The notes under the pieces are model-generated. The model did not search any database. It had not been told where the DNA came from and saw only the letters and a list, made by a program, of their open reading frames with translations. From Spirochaetia bacterium (GTDB taxonomy: Bacteria; Spirochaetota; Spirochaetia; DSM-2461): DNA of 64,000 nt. A program made the translations under genes and the position numbers. Below are positions 1-9,101 of this stretch, piece after piece. Positions within the stretch are counted from its first letter, which is position 1, and each line of letters opens with the position of its first letter. The stretch covers positions 2,976,001 to 3,040,000 of the forward strand of contig OY764216.1 in assembly GCA_963668315.1 (NCBI GenBank), in the 5' to 3' direction.

Positions 1-207
1 CGCTCCAATTCGCTTAACCGGTCGGCTCACTCCGGCTCTGTCGCCGCCGCCGGGCCTCCCTGGCTTATTTCCGCTGCCATCCCTCTTTGAAAGCTAATCC
101 CAGACCATTAAGACCAAAAAGGCCAATATGTCCCATAATCTTCCCCCTTTTTCCTTTTGGATGTATTTTGTTATCGATAATTAAATATCCATAAGGAGAA
201 GGATTTT

Positions 208-1929
208 ATGAAGTTTATGATCCGTTTACTGGGTGTGCTGATGCTGGCCTCCCTCATGATCGTCAGCTGCGGCGGTAAAGCCGTTTATAATGCCGGTACC
301 TATACCGGAGAAGGAAAGGGACACGGCGGTACCATCGTCGTTTCCGTTGAGGTTGACAAGAAAGCCATCAAATCAATTACGATCGTGGAGAATCCCGAAT
401 CCGATTTCAGCCAGGGACCCATGGAAACGCTTATAGAAAGAGCCAAGAAAGCCAATCACGGTCACATCGACGGTGTTACCGGCGCTTCCGAAACCTCTGC
501 GGGGATGATCGAGGCCATCCAGGATGCCCTTTCCAAGGCTTCCACCGGCGAAGCGGCTGTGGCTTCCGATACATCCGAAGAGAAAGCCGTCCTGGAAGAC
601 GATGAAGCCGACGTAGTGATCATCGGTGCCGGCGGTGCCGGTCTCTCCGCTGCCAAAGCCGCCGCCGAAGCGGGAGCCAAGGTAATCGTTCTGGAAAAGA
701 TGGCCTTTGTGGGAGGAAACACCAACTACGCCACCGGCGGTCTGAACGCCGCCTATACGGAACAGCAGAAAGCCAAGGGTATCACAGACTCGGTTGAGCA
801 GTTCTACGAAGATACCATGAAGGGCGGCAAGAACCTGAATAATCCCGAACTGGTAAGGGTTCTGGCCAATAATTCCGCCTCCACCGTGGAGTGGCTGATC
901 TCCCTGGGCGCCGATCTGAGCGACGTGGGAAGAATGGGCGGTTCCACCAATAACAGAACCCACAGACCCACCGGAGGCGCCGGCGTCGGTGCTCACCTGG
1001 TGAGCGTTCTCGACAAAGCCGCCGAAGAAGTGGCCGATATCAGAACCAACAGCAGAGTCGTGGCTCTCTCCTATGACGATAAGGGCGTAAACGGTGTCGA
1101 CGTGGAAACCGCCGACGGAGCCTACCACATCAGCGCCAAAGCCGTGGTTATCGCCACCGGCGGTTTCGGAGCCAGCCAGGAGAAAGTCGTAACCTACAAA
1201 CCGGAACTGAAAGGTTTCGGCACGACCAACCAGCCCGGCGCCACCGGAGACGCTCTGGATCTGGTGAAGCCCCTCAATGTGGCCCTCGTCGATATCGAGC
1301 AGATCCAGACTCACCCCACGGTTGTCCCCGTGAAGAATACGATGATTACCGAAGCGGTACGCGGAAACGGCGCCATTCTGGTTAACCGTGACGGAAAGAG
1401 ATTTGTTTCCGAACTCCAGACCCGGGACGTCGTTTCCGATGCCGAGCTGGCCCAGGAAGGACAGACAGCGTTCCTCTTTTTCGATCAGGGTGTAAGAGAA
1501 TCTCTCTCCGCCATCGAGAAATACGCCAAATCCGGTCTTCTGACCCAGGCCGATACGGTTGAAGGAGTCGCTTCTGCCCTCGGATTGGACGGAGCCGCTC
1601 TGAAAGGGACGGTCGATACCTATAACGGTTATGTTGCTGCCGGAAGCGATCCCGATTTCGACCGTTCCGATCTTCCCAGAACCCTGGAAACCGGACCTTA
1701 CTACATGGTGGAAGTCGGTCCTGCCGTTCACCACTGTATGGGCGGTCTCAAAATCGATACGGAAGCCAGGGTATACAATACCGACGGCGAATGGGTTTCC
1801 GGACTCTTCGCAGCCGGAGAAGTTACCGGCGGTGTTCACGGAGCCAACCGTCTGGGCGGTAACGCCGTGTCCGATATTACGACGTTCGGCAGGATAGCCG
1901 GTACACAGGCTGCCGCCTTCGCCGAATAA
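208..1929 (+). CDS. Lipoprotein flavocytochrome-c-type (fumarate reductase-like) FAD oxidoreductase with N-terminal FMN-binding domain
   Basis: Lipobox MIVSC; flavinylation motif DGVTGAS; GAGGAG FAD motif; catalytic motifs QTHPT, TEAVRG, TRDVVS, VHHCMGG, NRLGGN; RBS AAGGAG. Confidence 0.9.
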   Translation: MKFMIRLLGVLMLASLMIVSCGGKAVYNAGTYTGEGKGHGGTIVVSVEVDKKAIKSITIVENPESDFSQGPMETLIERAKKANHGHIDGVTGASETSAGMIEAIQDALSKASTGEAAVASDTSEEKAVLEDDEADVVIIGAGGAGLSAAKAAAEAGAKVIVLEKMAFVGGNTNYATGGLNAAYTEQQKAKGITDSVEQFYEDTMKGGKNLNNPELVRVLANNSASTVEWLISLGADLSDVGRMGGSTNNRTHRPTGGAGVGAHLVSVLDKAAEEVADIRTNSRVVALSYDDKGVNGVDVETADGAYHISAKAVVIATGGFGASQEKVVTYKPELKGFGTTNQPGATGDALDLVKPLNVALVDIEQIQTHPTVVPVKNTMITEAVRGNGAILVNRDGKRFVSELQTRDVVSDAELAQEGQTAFLFFDQGVRESLSAIEKYAKSGLLTQADTVEGVASALGLDGAALKGTVDTYNGYVAAGSDPDFDRSDLPRTLETGPYYMVEVGPAVHHCMGGLKIDTEARVYNTDGEWVSGLFAAGEVTGGVHGANRLGGNAVSDITTFGRIAGTQAAAFAE

Positions 1930-1952
1930 ACATCCGCATTGGTGTGATAAAC

Positions 1953-1987
1953 AGGGGACGGTCTCAGGGCTGTCCCCCTTTTATTTC
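1953..1987 (+). terminator. Rho-independent terminator after flavocytochrome gene
   Basis: GC stem ggggacgg...ctgtcccc followed by T-rich tract. Confidence 0.7.
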
Positions 1988-2005
1988 ACCTCCACTGCGG
2001 TTATA

Positions 2006-3586
2006 ATGAAAGCCATGGAACTGAACCGGAAAATATCCCTTTCCTCGGGCCTCTTTACCACCACCATGATTCTTATCATCGGCCTGATCGTCTATATCCA
2101 GTGGATGAGTACCCTGAAAAGGCAGATGGAGCTCTCCGCCCAGGATCTGGCGGTAACCATCGCCGATATGGGAGAGGTCAAATATAACCTGACCCGTTCC
2201 AACGGGGCCATTCCCCTGCAGCGGCTCGCCGAAGAGCTCAAACTTTCCACCCGCGTGCAGTATATCCATATCCTCGATACCCGGGGCATTTACTATGCCC
2301 ATACCTTTCCCGCCCAGCTGGGAACCAGGGAGGAGGACCCCTTCCTTCTGGCTCTTCTGGAGAATACTTCGAGCCACAGTGTCGTCCGTTCCACCGAATC
2401 TTCCCGGCTGCCTTCGGTGGAGGCTGTCGTTCCCGTCTATTATCAGGGGGAGTTCGCCGGGCTTGTCATTGCCGGCATGCTGAACGGAAGGGTCTTTCAG
2501 GATATCAGGCTGAATCTCCAGTCCCTGCTGCTCTTTTTTATCCTGGCCGTGTTTATCAGCCTGTTTTCATCGGGGAAGCTGGCGGACAATATCAAGAAAT
2601 CCATGCACGGAATGGAACCCCGGGAGATCGCACGCCTTCTGGGCCAGAGGGCCATGACCCTGGAGAATCTGAAGGAAGGAATTGTCACCATAGACCAGTA
2701 CGGCAGCATTATCTATTTCAACCGGTCCGCCCGGACGTTGACTGGGCTGAATGACGGGGATCTGAACAAGCCGGTACACTCCTTTTTCTTCGGCGATGAC
2801 TATTTCACCTGCCTCCAGAAGAAAAGGACGATGATCTCCGAGATGATTACCCCGGAGGGGCTGACCCTCCAGTGCCGCATGGAGCCCATTGAGGAGAAGG
2901 ACTCCGATAGCCTTCTGGGGGTGACCATGCTTTTCGAAAATCTGACGGAAGTGAGGGCCCGCGCCGAGGAGCTTACGGGAATCAGGCAGATGAACGAAGG
3001 CCTCAGGGCGCAGAATCACGAGTTTCTGAATAAACTCCATACCATTTCGGGCATGATTGAGCTGGGAGAGCATCGGGAGGCGGTGCAGTTCATCAACGGC
3101 ATCAGCCATAACCGGCAGGAAATGACGGCGAAACTGGGCCGTTTGATAAAGGAGCCCTCCGTCGCCGGCCTTCTTCTGGGGAAATATAATAAGGCACAGG
3201 AGCTGAAAATCCGGTTCCGGCTGGATGAGGAGAGTTATCTGCCCGAGGATTCCGCCAAGGTCGACCTGATAAATCTTGTCCTGGGAAATCTGATCGAGAA
3301 TGCCCTGGATGAACTGAAAAAATCTTCCGGCGGGGCCCTCACGGTGAAGATCAGCCGGGAATCGGGGCGCTGCCTGATCGAAGTCAGTGATAACGGAAAG
3401 GGTATCGAAGATAAGGAAAAAGCCTTTGAAAAGGGGTTCAGCACCAAAGGGGCTGACCGCGGTCTCGGGCTCTATCTTATAAAGAAAAATGTACTGCGCG
3501 AGGGCGGTGAGATCCGCCTGGAAACCAAACCGGGGCATACGGTCTTTACGGTCGTCCTGCCCGGGGAAAGGAGGCAGAAGGGGTGA
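2006..3586 (+). CDS. CitA/DcuS-family sensor histidine kinase (start may be ATG 2015)
   Basis: Two TM segments, Cache-like loop, PAS, H-box LRAQNHEFLNKLH, N-box GNLIENA, G-boxes DNGKG and GLGL. Confidence 0.92.
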   Translation: MKAMELNRKISLSSGLFTTTMILIIGLIVYIQWMSTLKRQMELSAQDLAVTIADMGEVKYNLTRSNGAIPLQRLAEELKLSTRVQYIHILDTRGIYYAHTFPAQLGTREEDPFLLALLENTSSHSVVRSTESSRLPSVEAVVPVYYQGEFAGLVIAGMLNGRVFQDIRLNLQSLLLFFILAVFISLFSSGKLADNIKKSMHGMEPREIARLLGQRAMTLENLKEGIVTIDQYGSIIYFNRSARTLTGLNDGDLNKPVHSFFFGDDYFTCLQKKRTMISEMITPEGLTLQCRMEPIEEKDSDSLLGVTMLFENLTEVRARAEELTGIRQMNEGLRAQNHEFLNKLHTISGMIELGEHREAVQFINGISHNRQEMTAKLGRLIKEPSVAGLLLGKYNKAQELKIRFRLDEESYLPEDSAKVDLINLVLGNLIENALDELKKSSGGALTVKISRESGRCLIEVSDNGKGIEDKEKAFEKGFSTKGADRGLGLYLIKKNVLREGGEIRLETKPGHTVFTVVLPGERRQKG

Positions 3587-4263
3587 ACGTTCTCATCGTG
3601 GAAGACGATCCCATGGTCGGGGAGATTAATCAGAAATTCGCCCTGAAACTGTCATTTGTCAGCCGCTGTGACCGGGCGGGAAGCCTGGAAGAGGCGAAGG
3701 AGTTTCTGGTCAGGGACAGTTATGATCTGGTTCTGCTTGACGTCTATTTTCCCGAAGGACGGGGCCCGGAACTGCTGGCCTGGATCCGGAAGGAAGAGAT
3801 TCCTGTCCATGTCATATTCATAACCGCCGACGGCAGCCGCGCCACCGTGGAGAGGGCCGCCCATCTGGGGGCCCTGGACTACCTGGTCAAACCCTTTACC
3901 TTTGAGAGATTCCGATCGGCCATGGAAGAGGCGGAAAGAAAAATGATTTCCCTGTCGGGGGAGGATTTTTCCCAGGAGTCGCTGGATCAGATCTTCCGTA
4001 AGGGGGAAGCGGCCGTTTCCTCGTATAAGGGAGACCTGGATAAGGGGATGAGCTATAAGACCTATGATATCGTCCGGGAGGGAATTGCGGCTATGAACGG
4101 GGCGTTTACCGCGGATCAGCTGGCCGCCCGGCTCGGGATGGCGAGGGTGACCGTCAGGCGCTATCTGGATTTTATGGAGAAGCAGGAGCTTCTGGATGTT
4201 ACTTTGCAGTACGGGAAAATCGGCCGGCCCCAGCACTATTACCGGAGGAAAGGGCTGTTATGA
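3583..4263 (+). CDS. CitB/DcuR-family response regulator
   Basis: VEDD, LLDVY, YLVKPF receiver motifs; C-terminal RVTVRRYL...YGKIGRP HTH; GTGA overlap with kinase. Confidence 0.92.
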   Translation: MNVLIVEDDPMVGEINQKFALKLSFVSRCDRAGSLEEAKEFLVRDSYDLVLLDVYFPEGRGPELLAWIRKEEIPVHVIFITADGSRATVERAAHLGALDYLVKPFTFERFRSAMEEAERKMISLSGEDFSQESLDQIFRKGEAAVSSYKGDLDKGMSYKTYDIVREGIAAMNGAFTADQLAARLGMARVTVRRYLDFMEKQELLDVTLQYGKIGRPQHYYRRKGLL

Positions 4264-5660
4264 GGACGCTTTCGGTTTTCTTTGCCCTTATTCTCACTCT
4301 CTTTCTCCTTATCGTCCTGCCCGGCTACCTTCCCGAGAAAGCCGATGTGGTTATCATCGGGGCCGGAGCAGCCGGTATGCGGGCGGCTATCGAATCGCAC
4401 CGCCATACCGGTAAGGTGGTGCTGCTGGAAAAAATGCCCTATCCCGGAGGAAACAGCCATAAGGCCACGGCCGGGTTCAATGCGGTGACCGAAGAGAGTG
4501 ATCTGGAAGACTATATCCGGGATACCCGGGAAGCGGGGGCTTATCTGGGAAAGCCGGAGCTTATCGCCATACTGGCCGGTAAAAGCGCAGAAGCCCTTTA
4601 TGACCTGCGGGAAATGGGAGCCGACCTGGAGGATCGGGGACTCCTGGCCGGGCACAGCCGCAGCAGAACCTACCGGCCTTCCGGAGGTTCACCCGTGGGG
4701 GTGGAAGTCACGTCCGTCCTTAAGCATGCCATCGAGAGACGCGGAATCGATATACGCCTCGAAAACCGTGCCCTCCTGGTGGAGCGGAGAAAGAAGTGGC
4801 GCGTGAGAGTGGCGAACAGAACGGGCAGGGAATATACCATCCGGGCCGACGCCGTCATCATCGCCACCGGCGGATTCGGGGGAAACCCCCGGCTGGTGGC
4901 GGCCTATAATCCCCGCCTGAAAGGCTTTCATACGACCAACCAGACCAGCACGAGCGGTGACTACATCTTTCTGACCGAAAAGCTGCCTGTCCGGCTGATA
5001 GATATGGACAAAATTCAGACCCATCCCACGGTGGAGCCGGAGTTCAGCACGCTTATCACAGAAGCGCTCCGGGGTAACGGGGGAATCCTCGTCAATTACC
5101 GGGGAGAGCGGTTTACCGATGAGATGGCCTTCCGGGAGGATCTGAGCCGCCGTATACTGGAGCAGCGCTACGGGTTCGCCTGGCTGATTTTCGATCAGAA
5201 CGTGCGGGAAGGCCTCAGGGCATCGGAGTACTACATAAGGAATCAGCTGACCCTCTCGGGGAATGATCCGGAGGAGCTGGCCGAGAAATTATCACTTCCC
5301 GCTGGTACACTGGCCCCGGCCCTTGACAGGTGGAACCGTTTTGTCCGGGAGGGGGTCGATGAGGATTTCTCCCGAAGCGATCTGAAAGTGCCCTTGGATC
5401 ATGCTCCCTATTACGGCATCAGGGTCACGCCGGGGATCCATTACTGCATGGGAGGGCTTGCCATCAACGGGAAGGCCCAGGTCCTGGATAGGGAAGGAGT
5501 TCCCCTGCCCGGACTGTACGCCGCCGGGGAAGCCACCGGGGGAATTCACGGGGAAGACCGGCTGGGAGGAAACTCCCTTACCGATGCCCTTGTCTTCGGC
5601 AAAATCGCCGGTTACGAAGCGGGCCGCTATTCCCTTTACAAGGAGGAGGGAAATCCTTAA
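4260..5660 (+). CDS. Second flavocytochrome-c-type flavoprotein, N-terminal membrane anchor or signal, no FMN-binding domain
   Basis: GAGAAG, QTHPT, TEALRG, IHYCMGG, DRLGGN; paralog of 208-1929; ATGA overlap with regulator. Confidence 0.88.
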   Translation: MRTLSVFFALILTLFLLIVLPGYLPEKADVVIIGAGAAGMRAAIESHRHTGKVVLLEKMPYPGGNSHKATAGFNAVTEESDLEDYIRDTREAGAYLGKPELIAILAGKSAEALYDLREMGADLEDRGLLAGHSRSRTYRPSGGSPVGVEVTSVLKHAIERRGIDIRLENRALLVERRKKWRVRVANRTGREYTIRADAVIIATGGFGGNPRLVAAYNPRLKGFHTTNQTSTSGDYIFLTEKLPVRLIDMDKIQTHPTVEPEFSTLITEALRGNGGILVNYRGERFTDEMAFREDLSRRILEQRYGFAWLIFDQNVREGLRASEYYIRNQLTLSGNDPEELAEKLSLPAGTLAPALDRWNRFVREGVDEDFSRSDLKVPLDHAPYYGIRVTPGIHYCMGGLAINGKAQVLDREGVPLPGLYAAGEATGGIHGEDRLGGNSLTDALVFGKIAGYEAGRYSLYKEEGNP

Positions 5661-5684
5661 TATATGCCCTCATGGAGATAACAA

Positions 5685-6065
5685 TTGCGCCTTTTTAAAA
5701 GAAATTTGAAAATATTCGACTGGGTGGCTTTTTTTCTTTCCCTGTTCCTTTTCCTGGGATTTACTTTCTTCGGGTGGAACAGAGGGGAAGACACCCTCTA
5801 TTTACTGGTGGAAGACCAGGACGGCTCCGCCCTGTACCCTCTTTCCGAAGATAGAACCATCACCGTGGAGGGGCCGGTGGGAGAATCGGTCATCCAGATA
5901 TCCGAGGGAGAAGCCCGCTTTATCCATTCCGATTGTGCCGACGAACTCTGCGTTCAGTCGGGAGCCATCTCCGGACCGGGAGAGTGGGCGGCCTGTCTGC
6001 CCAATGAAGTGATTATTTCGACCCGCGGCGGAGATATCCGGGAGGTGGACGCCCATGTTTTCTGA
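5685..6065 (+). CDS. NusG domain II-containing membrane-anchored protein
   Basis: N-terminal TM; GPVG..VIQI; SDCADELCV..G.IS; ACLPN motif; TTG start after GGAG. Confidence 0.8.
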   Translation: MRLFKRNLKIFDWVAFFLSLFLFLGFTFFGWNRGEDTLYLLVEDQDGSALYPLSEDRTITVEGPVGESVIQISEGEARFIHSDCADELCVQSGAISGPGEWAACLPNEVIISTRGGDIREVDAHVF

Positions 6066-6606
6066 AAAACAGTTTAACCGTATTGCCATGCTGGGGGCGT
6101 TGAGCCTTTTCCTTTCGACCGTGGAGTACCTCTTTCCCCGGCCCATTCCCTTTATGAGACTGGGACTGGCCAATATTCCCGTCATCCTCTGCCTGGATCT
6201 TTTGCCGGACAGAAAGAACGGCGAAGAGGGGATTCTGCCCACCATGGCTTATTTTCTTCTGATCCTCATGAAAGTGCTGGGCCAGGGGATAATTAATGGA
6301 ACGATGGCTTCCTATGTCTTTCTTTTTTCCCTGACCGGCTCCTTTGCCAGCGGAATCATCATGTTTCTGGCCTGGAGATTCCTCAAGCCCCATATCTCCT
6401 TTATCGGGATAAGCATACTGGGCGCCCTGATCAGTAACATGGCTCAGATCATCCTGTCCATCTACTTTATCTTCGGAGCCACCGCCTGGCGCATCCTGCC
6501 CCTCTTTCTGGGAATTGGCCTGGTTTCCGGGGTTATCATGGGATTTTTCGCCCAGACATTTTCGGAAAAATCCCGATGGTGGGCCGGTATGAGGAGCGCT
6601 GCGTGA
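6055..6606 (+). CDS. Gx transporter family / heptaprenyl-diphosphate-synthase component I-like membrane protein (ECF S-component-like)
   Basis: E...P.PIPFMRLGLAN motif, GISILGA..SN.AQ motif, hydrophobic. Confidence 0.82.
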   Translation: MFSEKQFNRIAMLGALSLFLSTVEYLFPRPIPFMRLGLANIPVILCLDLLPDRKNGEEGILPTMAYFLLILMKVLGQGIINGTMASYVFLFSLTGSFASGIIMFLAWRFLKPHISFIGISILGALISNMAQIILSIYFIFGATAWRILPLFLGIGLVSGVIMGFFAQTFSEKSRWWAGMRSAA

Positions 6607-7232
6607 AGAAGAAAGTACGAAAAAAGAGAAAAGACCGGTTGCTGCCTCTTGTGGCCAGCGGAATTCGATTCTGGACAGGGATTCTCATCATTCCTGCCTA
6701 TCTCCTGATACAGGCGCCCCTCCTGAAGGTATTTCTCCTTATCTTTTTTACCATCACCGCTTCATTGGCGGGGAAGAAAATCCGTTATCTCTATTTTCTG
6801 ATGATGACCCTTTCCATCACGTTCTTCCATCTGCTGACGCCCCATGGAAGAATTCTCTGGGATTTCGGTTTTTTCCATATAACCGAAGGCTCTCTGGTCT
6901 CGGGATTCACCAAGGGGATTTCCCTGGCCGGATTGGTCTTCATATCCCTGTTTTCCGTTACCCCTTCGCTGAAGCTGCCCGGTAAGCTGGGCGGTCTGCT
7001 GGGAAGGATGTTTTACTATTTCGAGCTGATTCTGGATGGGAAAAAGAAGATTTCCGCCCGGAACTTTATCGAGAGTCTGGACAGGATCCTGGAGGAAATC
7101 TTTCCCCTCCACGCCATTCCCGAGCCGCGTCAGGCGGGAGAGATAAAAGGGGGAACATGGGCCGGAAATATTCTCTATCCCCTTATCTGGATCGTTCTGG
7201 CCTGGGGCCTCATGATCCTGGAACGGGTATAG
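6603..7232 (+). CDS. Membrane protein, EcfT-like
   Basis: GTG start overlapping upstream TGA; multiple TM segments; P.GRIL..G...IT.G.L..G pattern typical of ECF T components. Confidence 0.55.
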   Translation: MKKKVRKKRKDRLLPLVASGIRFWTGILIIPAYLLIQAPLLKVFLLIFFTITASLAGKKIRYLYFLMMTLSITFFHLLTPHGRILWDFGFFHITEGSLVSGFTKGISLAGLVFISLFSVTPSLKLPGKLGGLLGRMFYYFELILDGKKKISARNFIESLDRILEEIFPLHAIPEPRQAGEIKGGTWAGNILYPLIWIVLAWGLMILERV

Positions 7233-7239
7233 GGGAATA

Positions 7240-8415
7240 TCACTCCCTGTGCATGCCCTGGTAAACGTCGTTTCTGGTAAGATCCCAGTCGGCGCTTGCC
7301 TTTCCTTCATAACGGGCCGAGAGGGTCAGTTTCAGATCCGCCAGCCCGTGGGTATACTGGAATTCCCTCTCTTCCCCGGGGGGGCACTCAAAAACCATTT
7401 CCTCCCGGAAATCGTTGTATTCCAGGGTTATCAGAGCCGCAATCCCCCGGTTCTCCTCACCCGGTGACAGGGAAACGGTCAGAGCCCCGTCTACGGGACG
7501 GCCCTGTCTGTCGATGAAAGAGAAGGGGACCGGTTCTCCTGCCAGACGCGGCTCCTCCCCCTGATAAAAATCGGCGTCATCGCGAATCAGATTGTGAAGT
7601 TCCCGGAGCCAGTCGTTGAAGTGGCGGCTTTTGTCTTCCATAACCAGATTGCCCCGTGACTGGATCTCAAAGGTCTGGTGCCACTTTTCAAAGGTGATCT
7701 CCGGCTGTACCACGAAACCGAAGTTCGGTCCCAGATCCACCATGATGGTATGTTCTCCCGGGGGAAGTTCTATGACTTTGGGGACCGTCCTGTCTCCCGT
7801 TGTATAGCCGTAGAATTTATCGTCGATATAGATCCGGGCATCTATGAGGTAGGAGTAGAAGTTCAGGGTTCCCGGATCTTTGGGTATATGCTTGAGAATG
7901 GGGCTGTTCGAGCCGGAATCCCTGAAGAGTACATTTTTTCCGGTCAGCTGTCTGACGAGCTTTTCCGCCGCCAGATGAAACAGGTCTTCGCTGTCCCCCC
8001 GGGTGGAGAAAGAGGTCACCCGTCCCGTCTCCACCTCGGTCAGGCTCATATCAAGGAGAACCTCATCCCCCATGACGACGAAATTGCCGGAGCAGAGGTA
8101 ATCGCATCCCAGCAGCTTCCCAATCTCCACGGTGGTCTCCTCGTCCATGATCCCCGAAAGCTGGAGGGACTGTTCTTCCACTATCTGCTTCAGCCTGTCC
8201 CTGTCCACGAGGATGATATCATCGTTCCGGGTCAGGTCTTCCTTGATCAGCGCCATGGCCAGAGTGCCCATGTAGTCATAATCATCGGCTTCGTCCATGT
8301 TCTCAAAGTCGATAAGGGCCACGGTAATCTCTTTCGGCCGGGCCTGGCCGCAAAGGACCGTCAGAGCCGTGAGCAGAAGGGAGAAAACCAGAGACCGTTT
8401 TGTTAAATATTTCAT
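7240..8415 (-). CDS. Exported CsgG/TolB-N-like domain plus PEGA domain protein
   Basis: Signal peptide; VALIDFEN, LVDRDRL..I..EQ.LQ.SG, IGKLLG pattern; ARIYIDD..YG.T PEGA pattern. Confidence 0.7.
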   Translation of the reverse strand: MKYLTKRSLVFSLLLTALTVLCGQARPKEITVALIDFENMDEADDYDYMGTLAMALIKEDLTRNDDIILVDRDRLKQIVEEQSLQLSGIMDEETTVEIGKLLGCDYLCSGNFVVMGDEVLLDMSLTEVETGRVTSFSTRGDSEDLFHLAAEKLVRQLTGKNVLFRDSGSNSPILKHIPKDPGTLNFYSYLIDARIYIDDKFYGYTTGDRTVPKVIELPPGEHTIMVDLGPNFGFVVQPEITFEKWHQTFEIQSRGNLVMEDKSRHFNDWLRELHNLIRDDADFYQGEEPRLAGEPVPFSFIDRQGRPVDGALTVSLSPGEENRGIAALITLEYNDFREEMVFECPPGEEREFQYTHGLADLKLTLSARYEGKASADWDLTRNDVYQGMHRE

Positions 8416-8419
8416 AATG

Positions 8420-9094
8420 TTACCTGCCTTGCCGGTTCTCGTCCAGCAGCCATTTCCCCCATTCCTCCAGGGAAGAAAAATACCAGTCCGCCTCTTCCTG
8501 CATCGTTTTTCTTATGGAGGGTACACTATGGCCCCAGCCGGCGCCTGCCACGGCGACTCCCGAGGCCCGTCCCATCTCCACGGCGGGGTAGAGGTCGTCC
8601 AGAATAAGCGCCTCCCTGCTTTCCAAACCGAACTCTTCGAGAATCTGCTCAACCGGCCAGGGATGGGGCTTTCTTCTCTCCCCGTCACTGTGCCAGCCGT
8701 AGATCCGGCTTATCAGATGACCGGCTCCGGCTTCCCGGTAGTCCCGTTCAATCATGGGAACCTCCGAGTGGGACACCACCGTGACGATTCCGCCCCGGGA
8801 GACGAAATCCCCAATGATCGACAGGAACCCGTCAAAAAAGGGGGGAATCCGGGTGGACGTGAATTCCCGCCAGATGGCCAGTTCCCCTTCCAGCTCCTCT
8901 TCGCTGAATCCCAGCTCCCCCTGGACATATTCCATGAACCCGGGACGGAAATTTTTCTCCAGCCAGGTTTCCAGGGAAACGGACAGCCCCGGCCTGTAGG
9001 TGGCCAGGGTCTTCTGAAAAGCGGGATAGTGAATCGTCGGAGTGCTGTTGACCGCCGTATCGTCATGGTCAAGAATCAGGCATTTGAATCGCAC
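8420..9094 (-). CDS. HAD-family hydrolase
   Basis: Motif I LDHDDT, KPHP, LDD motif IV. Confidence 0.85.
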   Translation of the reverse strand: MRFKCLILDHDDTAVNSTPTIHYPAFQKTLATYRPGLSVSLETWLEKNFRPGFMEYVQGELGFSEEELEGELAIWREFTSTRIPPFFDGFLSIIGDFVSRGGIVTVVSHSEVPMIERDYREAGAGHLISRIYGWHSDGERRKPHPWPVEQILEEFGLESREALILDDLYPAVEMGRASGVAVAGAGWGHSVPSIRKTMQEEADWYFSSLEEWGKWLLDENRQGR

Positions 9095-9101
9095 GGCCCG
9101 T

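Noticed and set aside
1..90. GC-rich REP-like stretch at window start
   Set aside because: Truncated by the window edge and no second copy found
373..1839. Long antisense ORFs (also 10366-11331, 11418-12746, 13012-14169, 28234-29718 and others)
   Set aside because: Shadows of well-supported genes in GC-rich codon usage; no motifs or RBS
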